Notes: generated by a model not told the origin, from the sequence alone. A stretch of 58,474 nucleotides of DNA, filler included, from Bipalium vagum (GCA_037834085.1; 3 parts of 3 records of this genome joined end to end with filler, not necessarily neighbours in it); one strand, 5' to 3'. Shown: positions 1 to 13,777, counted from the first letter of the whole stretch. Numbers and translations: made by a program.

Positions 1-1109
1 GATCAGATAGTGTAAGGGTTGTGTAACATTTCAGACATTAGTTGTGATCCCAGACTCTTACTTATCTTTTGTAGTCCGATGTATTTTGTATTTTTGTATG
101 GTATAAATACAAGTATTGCTTTACTGATTGTTTTTATTACACCACCTAAGATTTGGAGTTAGGTCTAAATTTGATACCTTAAATATTGAACAATATTTAA
201 AATTGGTCAATAATTAATTTAGTTTCATGAATAATTCTTTTATATTTAGAATGAAGAGTCAATTTTTGTTGGAGTTCATTTTTCAACATTTTACTTTTGT
301 TTAATTTTTAAAATTTATTTTTTTGTTTTACTGAAACATAATTTATTAACAAAAAATTAAAAATATTATTTTATTTCACTAATTTATTAAAAAACATTCA
401 CAACGAATGAAATTTATTAATTTTAATAGTGTCGTACATTTATATTATTTAAATAATTAATGTTTGCATCTATTTGTTACAATGTGTAACCATAATTAAT
501 CAGCCACAACTGAAAATTGTTAATTATTTCTTATGATGAAACATGAATATTTCGTTCTCCTTTTTATTCCTTTTCTATATATTTAAAGTTTTATAAATAC
601 CTTAATATATAATTTTAGAGTTATTTTTTATTTAGAATTTGTTATCATTAAATTTATTTTGAAATTTTGTTAAATTATTTTTTTAATAATAAATAACTTT
701 AGTTGAATATATCTACTCCATTAAAAGATTCGAAAATCTACACCACATTCATTCTGTAATCAGTGGTCATTTTTATTATTAATATTCTATAGCTTATAAT
801 ATCTTTTAAATTTATTGTCTTTTTATCATAATTTAGATAATTCCAATTTCACAAGGTATTTCCCACAGCGCTATTTAAAATTTGGAGATAAATCGAGAAT
901 ATTTTGAATGTTTCATTAAGCATCATATTTTTATAAAATCTATCTAATCTTCACCTGTATAACCAAGCTAATCTGTCAATAACATTAATATACTTGAATG
1001 GTTTTCTTGTATTTAGATACTTCCTTAATTACAATTTCACATTAGTATTTTCATTGTTAAGCCATGGTCTAGATAATTTCTGCAGGTTTTCAGAACTTAG
1101 TTGTGAAAT

Positions 1110-1545
1110 TTTCAAAATTTTGTGCTGCTTAGCTGAAGGAGGGAATTTTTGTTGGGCCACACTTTAGAGAAATGACGAAGAAATTCAACAATTCATGAGT
1201 AATCTTGAACGTAAAAAATGGGTGACATTTCAATGAGTATGTGGAAATTTTCTTGGAAACCACAAGTCACCTATGAATGTACTATATAAAATGAGTTGAC
1301 AATATGTTAAAAGCATATCAGACAATGGGGTGTCGTATGTGGTTTAGCTACATTTTCTTCACTCAATTTTGGAACTTTTTCATGAAAATCTAGGATCAGT
1401 AAATGATGAACAAATGAAATGTTTTATTAAGACATACAATGTATGGAACATCGTTATCAATGTTTACGGATTGAAAGCATGCTAATAGACTTTGTTGAAT
1501 GTTGTACAGAGATTATTCTTACAAAAATATAAAAGAAAGTAGCAT
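1110..1545 (+). mobile_element. Decayed Chapaev3-like (CMC superfamily) transposase, C-terminal fragment
   Basis: Broken frames give, in order, LKEGIFVGP, VCGNFLGNHKS, NMLKAYQTMGCRM, LHFLHS..ELFHENLGSVNDEQ and MEHRYQ. This matches the motif series LKEGIFVGPQIR...NFLGNHK...MSLKxHFLHSHLDFFPENLGAVSDEHGERFHQDI that I recall from Chapaev3-type transposases. Frameshifts and stops are present. Confidence 0.75.
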
Positions 1546-1977
1546 TTTTGAAATCAGCGTCAAAAAATGATCTAGAAAAACATGATCTTATTTATGATAA
1601 ATAATTTTTTTTGTCCACCTTTGTTATGAAATAATATTTTTTATAATTTTAGAAATGAATTCAAGATATTGTTGGGGTTTTATACTGCCTCGACTTATTT
1701 GTTTTAATTAACAGAGCTCACCAACTTCTCAGAAAGAAGTGAATTTAATAAGAGAATTTGAAAAAACTAAAGTAACACCTTTGTTTAAAAATAGGTATTT
1801 GATTTATCACAATTTATACAAAACTCTTTATAACAATAGCTTACCTTTTATTATATTATTATTATTATAATTATTTAGAAAAATTATTATTTTCTCTCTT
1901 GATTGTCGAAAAATCGAAGAGTCTTTCTATTAGAATGAAAAGTCTTAATCTAAACCCTAGAGGTTAGTAGAGTCGGG

Positions 1978-2712
1978 TGTATCAGAAAACAAAAAACAGA
2001 AATTGGAAAATTAGTAAAAGAATCGACAATGTAAAGAAAATTTCATTAATTGCCGAGGTGTTAATGAAATTTTATTTAATTATTATTTTTAATTTTTCTA
2101 TTATTTTTCTCTTTTGAATTGTCGTATTAATTCGTCTTTTGATTTATTATTTCTTTTTTTACTTTACGAAGGGTTTATTACCTTGTATTCTCGTGTCCTC
2201 TCTGGATAAAATTTTTGTCTGATTTAATGACTGAAAGCAGGGTATTATATAGTCCTGTTTTCAGCCTTTGATGTTCCTGATTGGCTTAATTATTATTTAC
2301 CAATTTTATTGCAATCTTTCTAATTTTGCTAGCGCTGCTGACGAATATTTATTTTAGGCAAATATATTTTGCTAATTTTATCGCGATATTTCTAATATTG
2401 TTAGCGAATATTTATTTTAGGTAAACATATTTTATCTTTATTTATTTTTGGTAAATATGCCCAATAAGCCTCTTTTTTATATTATTTGACGAATGTTTAT
2501 TTTTTGATAATTATGTCTTTTTTTTTGAATTATTAATATTTTATGAGCTTAATTATTAATTAAGAATAAAAAATTATTATTATTTTATTTATTTATTATT
2601 TTCATATTATAATAACTAAAATGTTTCATAAAATATTATTATAAAAGATGATTACAAAGATTTATTAATTATTATAAAAAGATGATCACGAAGGTTATAA
2701 AAGATTACTACA
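1978..2712 (-). mobile_element. Probable solo LTR of an LTR retrotransposon
   Basis: On - it begins TGTAGT (2712) and ends CTGATACA (1978). In between, in order: three imperfect repeats of cgaatatttattttagg (2341-2505), CCAAT (2280-2284), TATATAA (2245-2251), Inr-like TCAGAC ~31 nt downstream (2217-2222) and AATAAA (2174-2179). No matching TSD was found. Confidence 0.4.
2217..2284 (-). promoter_or_regulatory. Pol II core promoter-like arrangement (CCAAT, TATA, Inr)
   Basis: The - strand reads agCCAATcaggaacatcaaaggctgaaaacaggacTATATAAtaccctgcttTCAGTCattaaaTCAGAC, with canonical TATA-to-Inr spacing. Confidence 0.45.
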
Positions 2713-2780
2713 TATATTTTTCATGCACATTGTCATTTTAAATTAAATTACAAAAGGTTTAATAGTCAATTGTTATTATA

Positions 2781-2878
2781 TCGGATTTGTCGTCGGATTT
2801 GTTGTTGGGTTTATTGTTGGATATTGTGTTGTTGGGTTTATTGTCGGATATTGTCGTTGTTGGATTGTTGTTGGGCTT
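2781..2878. repeat. Degenerate ~12-nt tandem repeat (tcggatttgtcg / ttgttgggttta / ttgttggata)
   Basis: About 8 imperfect GT-rich units are directly visible. Confidence 0.7.
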
Positions 2879-2899
2879 GATGGATGATCCCTTCAATAT

Positions 2900-3825
2900 G
2901 ATAAAAGAGCGTATATGATAGAATTTCTTCGCACTGAGAAAAAATTGGCTATAGCAATAAAACAGACTATAACATTAATAAAAGGCTAAAGAGAATGAAT
3001 ACAAAGGTGATCTAAGTACATAAAGTAAACCCACACCAGAAAGGAATTCAAATTTGATAGTCAATTTAAAACAGAAAATTGATGCTGATGGGTACAAAAA
3101 AATGACTGATCTAGCGAAGAAAATTATCGTGACCAAGTTAACATCTAGAATAGCCATAAAGGAAGATATATGATACAAATCCTGTTCTCAAACGAAAATA
3201 TCTCTGGACAGGAAAGAAAAGGTAAAAACGTAAATTGAAGCAAATTTTTTCCTTTTAGTGACATGAATCATGATAGCTATGGGTTTTTAAAGTTTTACTT
3301 CGGTGAGAGGTAAATAGGTAAAAGAATCATATTTCACTATTTTGAAAAGACCTTGTAAGTAGCAAATATATATTAACATACTGATACTGAAGCAACAAGA
3401 TAGCGGGTAGAAGAAAATAAAAATTTCAACAAAACTTTGACTCGGTTTATAAACCATAGAATACTCAGGTATAGATTTATGAAAATTTAATCAGCCATTG
3501 GCCCCAAGATCTGTACTTTCTTTCCAATTTGACTGTAATCCTCTTGCTTATTATCAATGGAGCGTAATTGAGGTACAAGTTACCGGAAAACCTTACAATA
3601 CTATCAAGCCATTGCAGGATACTGCCAAGAAAGTTATGTCAACTTTGAATAAGGATGAAGTGAAACAAGCATGTATCAGTGGTAGTGACAGTTAATAGAG
3701 ATCACACCGAATAATCTTATTATATGGACTTTGATTTTTCCCTAAGTAACTTAATAATAGATCATTTTAATTAAAATTTTTTATTTGTCGTACAAAAATT
3801 TCCTGTTTATCTCAAACACCCTGTA
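2900..3825 (+). mobile_element. Decayed Tc1/mariner (maT/DD37D-like) element
   Basis: 3030-3180 reads ERNSNLIVNLKQKIDADGYKKMTDLAKKIIVTKLTSRIAIKEDI*YKS (HTH-like). 3498-3690 reads WPPRS...DCNPLAYYQWSVIE...PYNTIKPLQ...VKQAC (the WPPxSPDxNPLDYxxW motif). The 3' TIR end is CACCCTG-TA at 3817-3825. Confidence 0.7.
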
Positions 3826-5354
3826 ATTTTATATATTAAAAGTAAACATTTTATTACTTAACTCTCAGTTGTAAAGTTAACAGAATAATGCCCGTTTCAA
3901 TCTAAATCCTTATTTAATAGTTGATATACAAATATTCGTTGGATACATAACAATAGACTGTTATTGTCACAGTATTTGAATAACAAAAAAAAAATCACAG
4001 AAAAACAAATTAAATCGACCCAGTTTTCAAAAATATTCAAATAAATCTCTATATGATATTGATATCACAAAAAAGTCTTGAGTGGTATCTATGGTCCAGC
4101 CCAACATTGTTATATTTTATGTTATATTGTTGTTATATTATTATGATTTATTATTGCTGCCACCACAATGACTATTTGTGATATTGTATAATATATAATA
4201 TACAATAAGTTGTTAAATGTAAAATATTATATAAATATTAATATAAAAATTTAAGGGTATATGTAATTCTAAAAAATTCTAATTCTAAAAATTCTATCTT
4301 TTAAAAATATTATGAATAAAGAATGAAAAAAAATTATTAATACACATTTTCATAATTAATTAATAAAATTTCATTTCGTAAAGTATTTGGTTTAAAAAAT
4401 TATCTAGAATTTTAATTTATTTAAAAAAATTATCTGAAATTTAAATAAACTTTCAACAAATACATTTAATGATTTGTCATAATTAGTAGAAGTTTTTGAA
4501 AATATTTTTTGCAAAATAAAAATAATAAATTAATAAGATAAAATATAATTTAAAAAATGTTAAAAAATTATTTCGAAAAATTAATAATTTTCAATTGATT
4601 TAGGTAATATTTTTCATTATAACAAACGGTATTATTTTTTGGGTAATAATATTATTATATTCAAACAAATAATTCAGAAAAGAAAAAAAATTTAAAATAT
4701 TTATTCAACGTTACATAAAATTTAATCAATCTTTTACTTTGCTATATAAAAAAGCTCAACTTAATTTTTTTATCTAATCACTAAAATTGAACAATTTTAT
4801 TTGACAATAATTAAAATTATATTGATTTTAACTAAATTAGTATTTCAACAGACTTGAGTGATAAAATAGTTTCCCATCTTTCACCTTTCGGATTAGATAA
4901 TATAAAGAAATTCTTAAAAATTCTTATTTTAAAATATTTACTATCATTATTTTCACCAATTAATTCTCTTTGTTTCAAAAATATTTTTAATGAGAAAACA
5001 TTTTTAATAAATAATTATTTTTAATTTGAAAATTTTTTCTTTCATATGATGATGAATAATTATACAGTTTTAAAATTTCCATTTAGTTTATGTTTATATT
5101 ATAAAAAATAATAAAGGAAATAACAAACCTAATACCTTAAAAAGTAATTTTAAAAAAAGTAAAGCAAATAAAACATTATTTATAAAATTTTATTAACCAA
5201 TATTAATTTTTTTACTCTTAAAGAATAAGAATAAAGACCAATATGTTAAAATAAATCTAAAAAGTTTATCTTTAATTATTTGTTTTTTTATAATTTATGT
5301 GAAAAGTCCTTAGCCCTTTAAATTAAAAGCATCTCTATCTCGAAATTATTGAAA

Positions 5355-5641
5355 ACAGTGACGTATGTCCCATGTATGTACTAAATTTACAGCCGCGTTA
5401 TTTGACAGAGCATTGCGGTGACCAAAAATGGAATTGCATTTTTGAACAGTTGCCCCTTTACATGATCCATTCGCATAATGATTTTTTATAATTTCTATTC
5501 GTTGGCTTATTGATAATTTGTTCATTCTTAAAATGTCTATGTTTATTAATAATATTTAAATATTATCATTAGGTACTTTGGTATTACTGGAAAAAAATAA
5601 CAACCAATTTAAAATATCAGTCCTTATTGGGACACCTTGTA
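5355..5641 (-). mobile_element. 5' fragment of a Tc1/mariner (rosa/DD41D-like) element
   Basis: On - there is a TIR-like TA-CAAGGTGTCCCAATAAG at ~5641, followed by a frame HYANGSCKGATVQKCNSIFGHRNALSNNAAVNLV that resembles the DUF4817-type N-terminal HTH. Confidence 0.5.
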
Positions 5642-7869
5642 ATATTGTTAACGATTATATTTAAACTTATATATTATTTTCTAAAATTTTTGTGAAATCA
5701 TGAAAAAGTTAATATGAAGCTTAACCAAAATACTATGAGCAATTTTCAGAAATTTTTGACGAAAAGGAATCTTTTTTGAAATATGATAAGTTTTTGGTCT
5801 CGAGAATCAGACTCCAATAGACATGAAGGTAATATTAGTTAAAGGTAATATTGAAAAGTGATACCTATCAAACAATATGCAATTCGGCAGTAAAATTTTA
5901 TACTTTTATCCCAATTTAAAGATACTTTTTTTTGGGTTCAAAATTATTTCAAAAAAATGTTAAAGAATAATTAAATGTTTTACATTTTCGATTTTACGGA
6001 AAATGGTAAAGGTAACCATATTTTCAATTGTGAGTTGTTTGTTAAGATAATATTTAATTATACAATAGATAAAAACACAAGCCCCATAGTTTTTAAAAAA
6101 ACGATATTTAGACAATGTAAAAAAGAAAAACCGACCAACCTTATTTGCTAATTCGATACATTTTTCTAAGTTAAATTTTCTCTCCTCAACAATGGGTAAC
6201 TGTTATGTAAAATCTATTATTACTTTTATCTTTCTTTTGTATCAATTGTGTTCTCCATGAACCCACATGAAAGAATTCAAAGATGGAATATTATGGAAGA
6301 CAGTTAATTGGCAACATTGACAATTGTTGAATTTGAGGTCTGTACCAGCCATTCGTTTCATGCCAAGATTTTGAACCACTCTGACTCTTTCTGTGTTAAG
6401 TTAATCAAGGAATATTAATAATTTCTCCAATGAGCCTGGAGTATTCACATAGATCTTTTTAAAGAATTTCAATTTCTTTACAAATTTTCTTCCTACCTTT
6501 TGATTACAGTAAGGCCCAGAAGAAAATTGTCTTGGATATTCTATATTTCATCTTGAAATTCGGAACACCACCTAAATTCTTGAGATTCAATGTTTTCTCT
6601 AATATCACAGGTTTAATTATCTGTAATATTTTGCTGGTACATTTACACAATCTAAAACAAAACTCGATACTTGGTCATAATTTTAAAGAATTTTTATAAT
6701 AATCTAAAAATAGATCTTTAGAAATGCCACGAAGAACAACAATACACAATAAAGCCGTCTAAGTTTATAATGACAAAACCAGACAGTTCGAAGATTAAGA
6801 GATAACACTACCATTGTTTTATATTTAAAACCAGACATCTTTCCCATGGAACAAAGTGCACATGCAATCAATATATAATTAGAAATTATGTCTCAATATT
6901 TTCGAAATAATTTTAATTATTTTCCGTCACATCTCGCATTGCCAATTATTTTCCTTTACATCTGTGACTGGTACTGGCCTTGAGATCAAGGTAAATTTTC
7001 TAGCCATCGGAGAAAAGCAAACAAGAGCAAATTCAATTATCAAATGTTTGGTTCCATATAAAAATTATTCCTCTTCCATATAATTTACGTGGCTGTAAGC
7101 AGACTTTCACTGACGTCGACCTGCGACATATTTCTAGCAACGTAAAATAAAACAAATTTCCCATACTAAAAGTATTAAACATGTTACTTTCTGTTTTCCA
7201 TATTTCACAATAGAAATGATACTGTTAAGGTCAGTAAAAATGAAAAATGAAAAAACAATAATAATCCTCTTCATCTCAAATTATGCGAGAAATATATATA
7301 GATTTTTCAAGCTGTGACGTTTCTAAGAAAACATAATTTCCCAAATAATTAAAAAAATTAAAATATTTACGAATACAATAGGAAAATGCTAAATATAGTT
7401 TTATTCCTTATAGGAAATTAATTATTATAATTGTCATTGAAAACAAAATGAAGAATGAGGTTCACGAAATAATGCCGTAATTGATATTTTATGGAAATTG
7501 GGTCATAATATAATTCGTTAATGGATTTTTATAAAGAGATTCTAAATCATTTATCTCTCAAATAATACATGAATTGAAAAATTTTCAATAAAAATAGACT
7601 TATTTTAAATGAAAATTCTATTTGCATTTATTCACAAAGAAGAAAAATCTTTTTTTCATAAAAAAGTGTTTGAAGGCTTTGCTATAAAGCTAAAGAGCCC
7701 ATATTAGAATATGAGGATACTTATGTAATGAGTTTCACGTGGATCAAAAGTTTCAGTAAAATTATATAAGTGAATCATAAAAAAAGTTGATACAGAAAAA
7801 TTATATTTTTATACTGGGATATTGTGGTGTCGCATAACAATCAGCTTTTTGAATAAGAAATTCCTTTAT

Positions 7870-8015
7870 AAAAACAAAGTTTAGTAAGTAAAACAATATC
7901 CATCATTTTTACAAACAAGGGTCCAACGTTTGGCAATTTTTTGAATCCTATTTTTGTATAAATCCGAAGGTTTCGAGTTGAAGAATAGGTTATTTTGAAG
8001 GTCTTCTTTATTCTC
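7870..8015 (-). mobile_element. Mariner transposase C-terminal relic
   Basis: The - frame EDLQNNLFFNSKPSDLYKNRIQKIAKRWTLVCKNDGY matches the mariner C-terminal pattern FFxSKPxxFYxxGIxxLxxRWxxVxxxxGxY. Confidence 0.7.
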
Positions 8016-9249
8016 AAATACAGATCTAGTAGAAAATGTGCAATTTTCTACTAGTTCAATGAAAAGACCGAAATTTCATATTTCACTGCAATCTTTCGCG
8101 TTATAAATTTCAATATTAAAACAAAATGTAATAAAAATTAAACTTGATATTTCATTCAAAAAATTCTGCAGATTATAAAACAATAATCAATATTTTATAT
8201 TTAATAATACTAGTCCAGGTTTTGTTTAATTTATATAATTACACAAAACGCTCATTTTTTATTGGACACCATAATAATAAATAAATAAGTAAATGTTAAA
8301 AGTTTTCCTGGGTTTTAAGGTTGATCAAAAGTAAGAACTATTCAACAATTGACAAATTAGATTCAAGTATACTAATAAATGAAGTAGATCAAGGAAAGAA
8401 CAAAAGGAATAAATTTTGTAAAATATTATTATTATTATTATTTATTAAGTTAATTAACTTCAGGATGAAAAAGTTATTTGTATATGTAAAGAAATTAATT
8501 TGAATATTCTGAGAATTAAGAAATGTTAATATAAACTAATTGATTTTTCCTTTGAAAGATAAGTATAGAGAATATAAAAATAATGATTAAATTGTAAAGC
8601 GTATGCATTAAAGGAAATATTTTTTCATTTTTTTCTTTTACTAATTCTTCATAGTAATGTTTATTTATTTTAATCAAATTAGAAATATTAATATTATTTG
8701 TTCTCCTCTTTATATTTACAACAAAATGTTTAATAATAATATTTTTTTATAAGAATATTTATTTTAATTTATTCTTATAATTTGTTCTTCCAAAATATTT
8801 TCCAATTTGATTGTATTGCAACATTGAAAAATCTGATTATGTAGGGATTTAGATTCTGTTTAATATGTTTATATAAATAATTAATATAATTTTGTTAAAT
8901 AAAAATAATTTTCAAAAATGTACTTATAAAATTTTAATGTAATAATGTAAACTTTGAAATGAAATTAATAACTTTATTATTTATCTTATTTATGTACATA
9001 TTTATTTATTATTCATTCAGTGCATAATGTATCAACTAAATATAAAAATTATTATTCCATAAATAATAAATTATTCTATTATTTGAGATTCATTAAGTTA
9101 AAAATTTTTTATTTTAATGGTCCATAAATTTCAAACATCTTTGCCATCCTTCAAATTTTATATTTTTAGTTTTCTATTTATATTATATTTTTGTTTATAT
9201 GATTGTAATGTCTCTTTAATCCTAATTGTTTTGTGCAGTTACAACTATA

Positions 9250-10010
9250 TCCGGTTGGTCAAATAAAATATATTCTGTTTATATTATTGGTATGTCATAG
9301 ATGTGTTTATGAAAGTCACCTAAACATTTTTATAATTAGAATATAAGGGTTGGAAAAGAGCACGAATTTTTAGGGCCAGTAAGAGAGTTTGGAGTATGTC
9401 TCATATCGTTCTAAAATCCGATTAGTTATGAAATATTTGTAAAAAAATATTCTACTAACCAAATCCATCAAGACATAGTAAAAACATTAAATGGGGATGT
9501 CCTATTATTGACGACCGTCCATAAATGGGGTACGAAATTTAAACCGGATAGTACAAGTACAGAATGAACAAATCAACCGGCCGGATGCACTTTATTTTGC
9601 ATAATAAATTAGACATGAAAAAATTAACGCAAGATGGGTGCTGCGTTTGTTAGCAGTTGGCTAAAAACAAGTAAGAAAGAATCTTTCTCAAGAGTGTTTG
9701 GCCTCTTTTCAGAAGAATAAGACTGATTTTGTGCAAAGATTTGTTACCACAGATGAAACATCAGCACTCTCCACCTCCAAAGAAAGCGGCAGAAATCTGT
9801 CAATCAACGGAGCTTTTTTGGTACTGGCATGACGATTTATGTCTTTCTCGACAGTACCCCATACGTAATAGTGCACCGAATTAAGATCTGTGGAGTTCGG
9901 AGGTCAAACATTTGGACCGATAAAGTATTGGCTGATCACCATTTTTAACTTTCCATTGAGGTGTGACATTAATTACCCTTGTTATCCAGGACTTTATTGA
10001 CACCTCAGAA
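9250..10010 (+). mobile_element. Internally deleted mariner element
   Basis: 9598-9765 reads LHNKLDMKKINARWVLRLLAVG*KQVRKNLSQECLASFQKNKTDFVQRFVTTDETS, i.e. the WVPxxL linker and the first catalytic D (TxDETW). Boundaries are approximate. Confidence 0.75.
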
Positions 10011-10566
10011 TGTATTAATTCTGACTTAAGTAGGTCAATAAAGTTTTAAAATTACTAATGATAAATGTAATGTGATCAAGAGAATTTTGATAATAATGTT
10101 GAAAGAAGAAATCTGCTAAATTAGAGTAACCAAAATGAGATATTAGTTTAAACTGAGCAATGTAAAAATCAATAGATTGTTAGTGTCTTCTATTTATATT
10201 TACAAATTGATTCATATTTCAATTCACAATTATGTTTCGATATCTCACTAAATCTATTTTAAATAAATCCGCATTATTTTTTTGTAACCCTTATGGTTGA
10301 AATCATTTATATACTTTGAGATTTAAAATAGTTCAGATTTAATGAATATTCTTTGGTCATGTTTTGTTTTAATTCTCCTATTAGTTTTTTTTAAAAAATT
10401 TTATCAAAAATTGTTTTTAATAGCTGTAGATAGTACATTTTATTAATAGAAAATATTTCGCATTAAAACAAATAATATATATGTAACAAAATATATAGGT
10501 TAAAAGTGTTAAAATTTTGTGATTGATTTTATCTGCATTTCTAGGATTCCTATTAATGTACTTGTT

Positions 10567-10626
10567 TTAATTGTCGGATATGTTCAATTCTTGTCCGAAG
10601 TCTGAATTTTTTGTTTCAATTGTTTC
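10567..10626 (-). CDS. Possible terminal exon of the minus-strand orphan gene (ETIETKNSDFGQELNISDN*)
   Basis: Acceptor cattag. Phase 0, compatible with a donor CAA|gtatga at 11277/11276. The acceptor context is weak. Confidence 0.3.
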   Translation of the reverse strand, partial: ETIETKNSDFGQELNISDN

Positions 10627-11270
10627 CTAATGTTTCTCATTCAATTACAATTGAATTTTTCACACAAAGATTTTTCAATTAAATTATTCAGTTTTATGAA
10701 CAAGTAAAATATTAATTACCTTTCAGTTTTAAAATAGTCCATTAATTTTATTATACAATGTTAATGGAGTTATATTTTCATCATAGCAAATCTGAAATTC
10801 TCAATGCAGAGTATTAAACATTCATTTTAGTCTTACAAATGACATTTATCTATATCTTATTATTTAAAAAAAAATAATGAAATGTCTGTCAATTAAAACA
10901 AAACTTATTAATATTTTTTTAAAGAAATGGGATTCATAATATTAAAAAAATTATATATATTCTTTAAGAAATTTGATACTTCTCAAAACATTCTCTTTAT
11001 ATTTATTATGAAAAAAATTTTTAATATATAAAAATTAAAAAAATATTTTATACGATTCACTATTTAAAACCAAATTCTAATTATTTTTAAAATATTAAAT
11101 AAAAATAATTATTATTATTGTTTTAAAAAAAAGACAATTATTTTTACCTACGAAATAGCAAAAAATTTAATAAAATAAATTTATTTTCATAACAAAATAA
11201 TCGTTTCTGAAAGTAATCAAAATATATCATTTATGGAAATGCAAATTGATATTTATTTAGATACTTTTAA

Positions 11271-11716
11271 TCATACTTGAGTATTAAATACATTTTTAAG
11301 TTCGTTTTTAGTTGGGTTTGGAAATAAATCAGGATGGACACAAATCTTAGGGGACAGACCATCAACAATCGACGTTTGATGTGGAGAATTAATCAAAATG
11401 GGAAATGTTTTTGAATGAACTTGACAGTTGGAATTTGCTGATGGGATTTCAATACAATCAGGTTGGAAATTGGGATATTTGGTACAATGTTGACACCAGC
11501 AAATGTTGTTTAAGTCCAACCCAGCTGGAAAAGTAAGCTGATCGCCAAGTTCCTGTTGCGGTAGATTGGTGGTATTGGTCTTCAATCTATTTTCTTGTGA
11601 GCTCTGATTTTCAAAGTCCGGTACATAATGACATTCAGCCTGTTTGTCTTCAAAGAGCACAGGGCACCAATGGTACCCGTGTAAGGAATACGGGTATTTA
11701 AGAGTATCGTAATAAC
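11271..11716 (-). CDS. Large exon of an unidentified spliced gene (Pro/Asn/Cys/His-rich, no recognisable domain)
   Basis: A ~446-nt open frame, clearly less AT-rich than its flanks, with a strong acceptor gtttattttag|GT at 11716 (phase 1). It ends either at TGA 11271 or at donor CAA|gtatga (11277). Confidence 0.7.
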
Positions 11717-12344
11717 CTAAAATAAACAATTGTAAATCATGAATTAAATCTTTTGATAAATTAGATATAAAATCGGTCAGTGTGGTTCTAAACTTAATAA
11801 ATAAGTAAAGGGGTTAAGAATAAGTTAGCATTAGGAATTACAAAGAACTTAGGATACGTAATAAACCAGACAAAATATATAAAGCGGTATTTCGCAATTT
11901 AGTTTTGACGTTAAGGTTTTTGGGATTAGTTATCCTTTCATCTCATAAAGCTAATTAGGTGGTTGCGTAAATAGTGAGCGATTTTTATTATAAATGTCAT
12001 GATATATTCCAAACATTAAAATAAATCAATCATAATAGAATCCATTTGATGAAACATGTTTTCTCATTTAGAAATTTTTTTATATTATTAATATTAAGAT
12101 TTTTTAAAAAGATTTTGTTATTAAGAAGAGAGATACTTTCATATTCACCTTGTTCATCAAGATCTAGTTAACCTAACAATTTTTAAAAAGCAATCACAAT
12201 AGAACAATCTTTTCAATCTTTATTTTGTTAGCTGACTTGAACCCGTAAAGACGAAAGTATACGTGTAATTCTGTAGATATGTTATTAAATCAAACTAAAA
12301 ATATACAATAAAAATAATCAATATTTATACAATCAATATATATA

Positions 12345-12559
12345 CAGTGGAACGTCTATTTAACAACACCTCTATGTAACGACATCCTCTACATATATAA
12401 CGAAATTTTGGCCGTTCCCGAGGGCTGTCGTTATAAAGAGGTTTAACTGTAATGTTTAATTTTTATCCACTGGGTGTTTATGAAATTAAAATTGGTTAAC
12501 CTCTATATTACGAAAGTTTGGCGGTTCCACAGGAGTGTCGTTATAAAGAGGTTTAACTG
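12345..12559. mobile_element. Pogo/Tigger-like MITE plus a partial tandem copy
   Basis: TA-CAGTGGAACGTCTATTTAAC...GTTATAAAGAGGTTTAACTG-TA at 12345-12449. The block aacctcta..cgaaa..ttggc.gttcc..gtcgttataaagaggtttaactgt recurs at ~12498-12559. Confidence 0.65.
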
Positions 12560-12813
12560 TTATTGATTGTAGAATAAAACTAGATTTAAAAATTTGATAT
12601 TTGGTACAATATATCAGAAAATCATGTCAAATATAAGCATGGTAAAAAATATAATACTTGCGACAAGTTTACACTATTTATGGATTCTTAATAAAAAAAA
12701 TAAGAAAAAATTATTTACATATAAAGTCACAATTTTCCTTTAAAATTTGAAACTGGAAAGGAAACTTGACAAGGAATTCATTCTGACAATTTTATAATTT
12801 TGTTTAAATTTAC

Positions 12814-12871
12814 AAAAGTTGCTCAAGTCATTCAGAGATGGGATACGTGCAAAGCATTGTGATCCAAGACT
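12814..12871 (-). CDS. Internal exon of the minus-strand orphan gene (SLGSQCFARIPSLNDLSNF)
   Basis: Acceptor ttttcttccag, donor gtaaat, 58 nt. Phase 0 to phase 1, so it splices in frame to the 11716 exon (T+GT = Cys). Confidence 0.6.
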
Positions 12872-13249
12872 CTGGAAGAAAATATAAAAATAATAATTCA
12901 TTCATTTTTAATTAATGCAGTATAATTTCAGTGAAAATCAAGATTAAACGTTCTATGTCAAAGAGTCTGAAAGGATTTCTACTGTAATGAAAAAGATTAA
13001 ATATGAAAATATTTATAAAACAAGATATAATCATCTTTCTGATGAAAAAAGTTAATTAAGATTTCATGCGTTGAAAATAAATTCACAAAATTTTATTAAA
13101 ATTAAAGATTTTCAATATGAATGAAAACTACTTCATTGATTTTTCTGGTTTATTTTCATAGAGTAAAGATCAATTTTATATAAAATAGTATTGTAATGCA
13201 TAATTAATATTTGGATTACAAGTATGAATCCGCCCTTTTTTACAGTTTA

Positions 13250-13510
13250 TTAATTCATGACAATGGAAAAGGCAAACTTTGACAATTTGTGAATTCCGAC
13301 ATAGAAGAATTGACGATGTTTTGACGAAATCAAATCCTCTAGCCATTGTTGAATATTTTCATAATTCTTAAAGCTTTGCTTAGACAGACTCTGTGTGATG
13401 GAACAGAACAGGTGGTAATCAGACGCATCTACACAATACTTTAAAATTCAGCGCTTTTAATTTGTATTTCACAATTTTGGCCACATGGGGCTGAGCATTC
13501 TCACTTAGCA
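13250..13510 (-). mobile_element. Mariner transposase C-terminal relic
   Basis: The - strand gives NAQPHVAK and HLFCSITQSLSKQSFKNYENIQQWLEDLISSKHRQFFYVGIHKLSK (HDNAxPH region, YHLFxSM, FFxxGI motifs). Confidence 0.75.
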
Positions 13511-13777
13511 GTATCCTTTTCTTATTTTTACTAAAATCAGTTTGGAGGTATACTAACTTTTGTCTGTAATCACAATAAAAAGGATTTTGAATGTATTTTA
13601 TGTTTTAAAAAGCTTAAAAATATAAAACCTTGTAACTGTAACAAGAAATGGATATACTGAAAGATAAGCGAAAAGATAAAACACGAGATACTGTCTAATG
13701 TTACAAGCACAATAAAGAACAAAAATATTTTGCAAAAAAGGGTCATGGTCACCTTGAGATAAATTGAAAATTAGTCG

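Noticed and set aside
22-146. Very short LTR-like TG...CA segment on - preceded by a purine-rich tract
   Set aside because: Only ~118 bp, at the window edge, with no TSD or internal domain to confirm it.
2781-2878. CRISPR-like or telomeric array
   Set aside because: The units are degenerate and contiguous with no unique spacers, are not TTAGGG, and lie in a eukaryotic context.
6130-7150. Possible EnSpm/CACTA-like transposase relic on - (IDCMCTLFHG, YPRQFSSGP)
   Set aside because: The motif resemblance is too weak to assign a family by eye. It is probably an old TE.
12814-12871. RIPSLNDLS resembling an N-terminal motif recalled from Pointed/Ets-1 proteins
   Set aside because: No PLTP MAPK site, PNT domain or ETS domain follows in any exon found.
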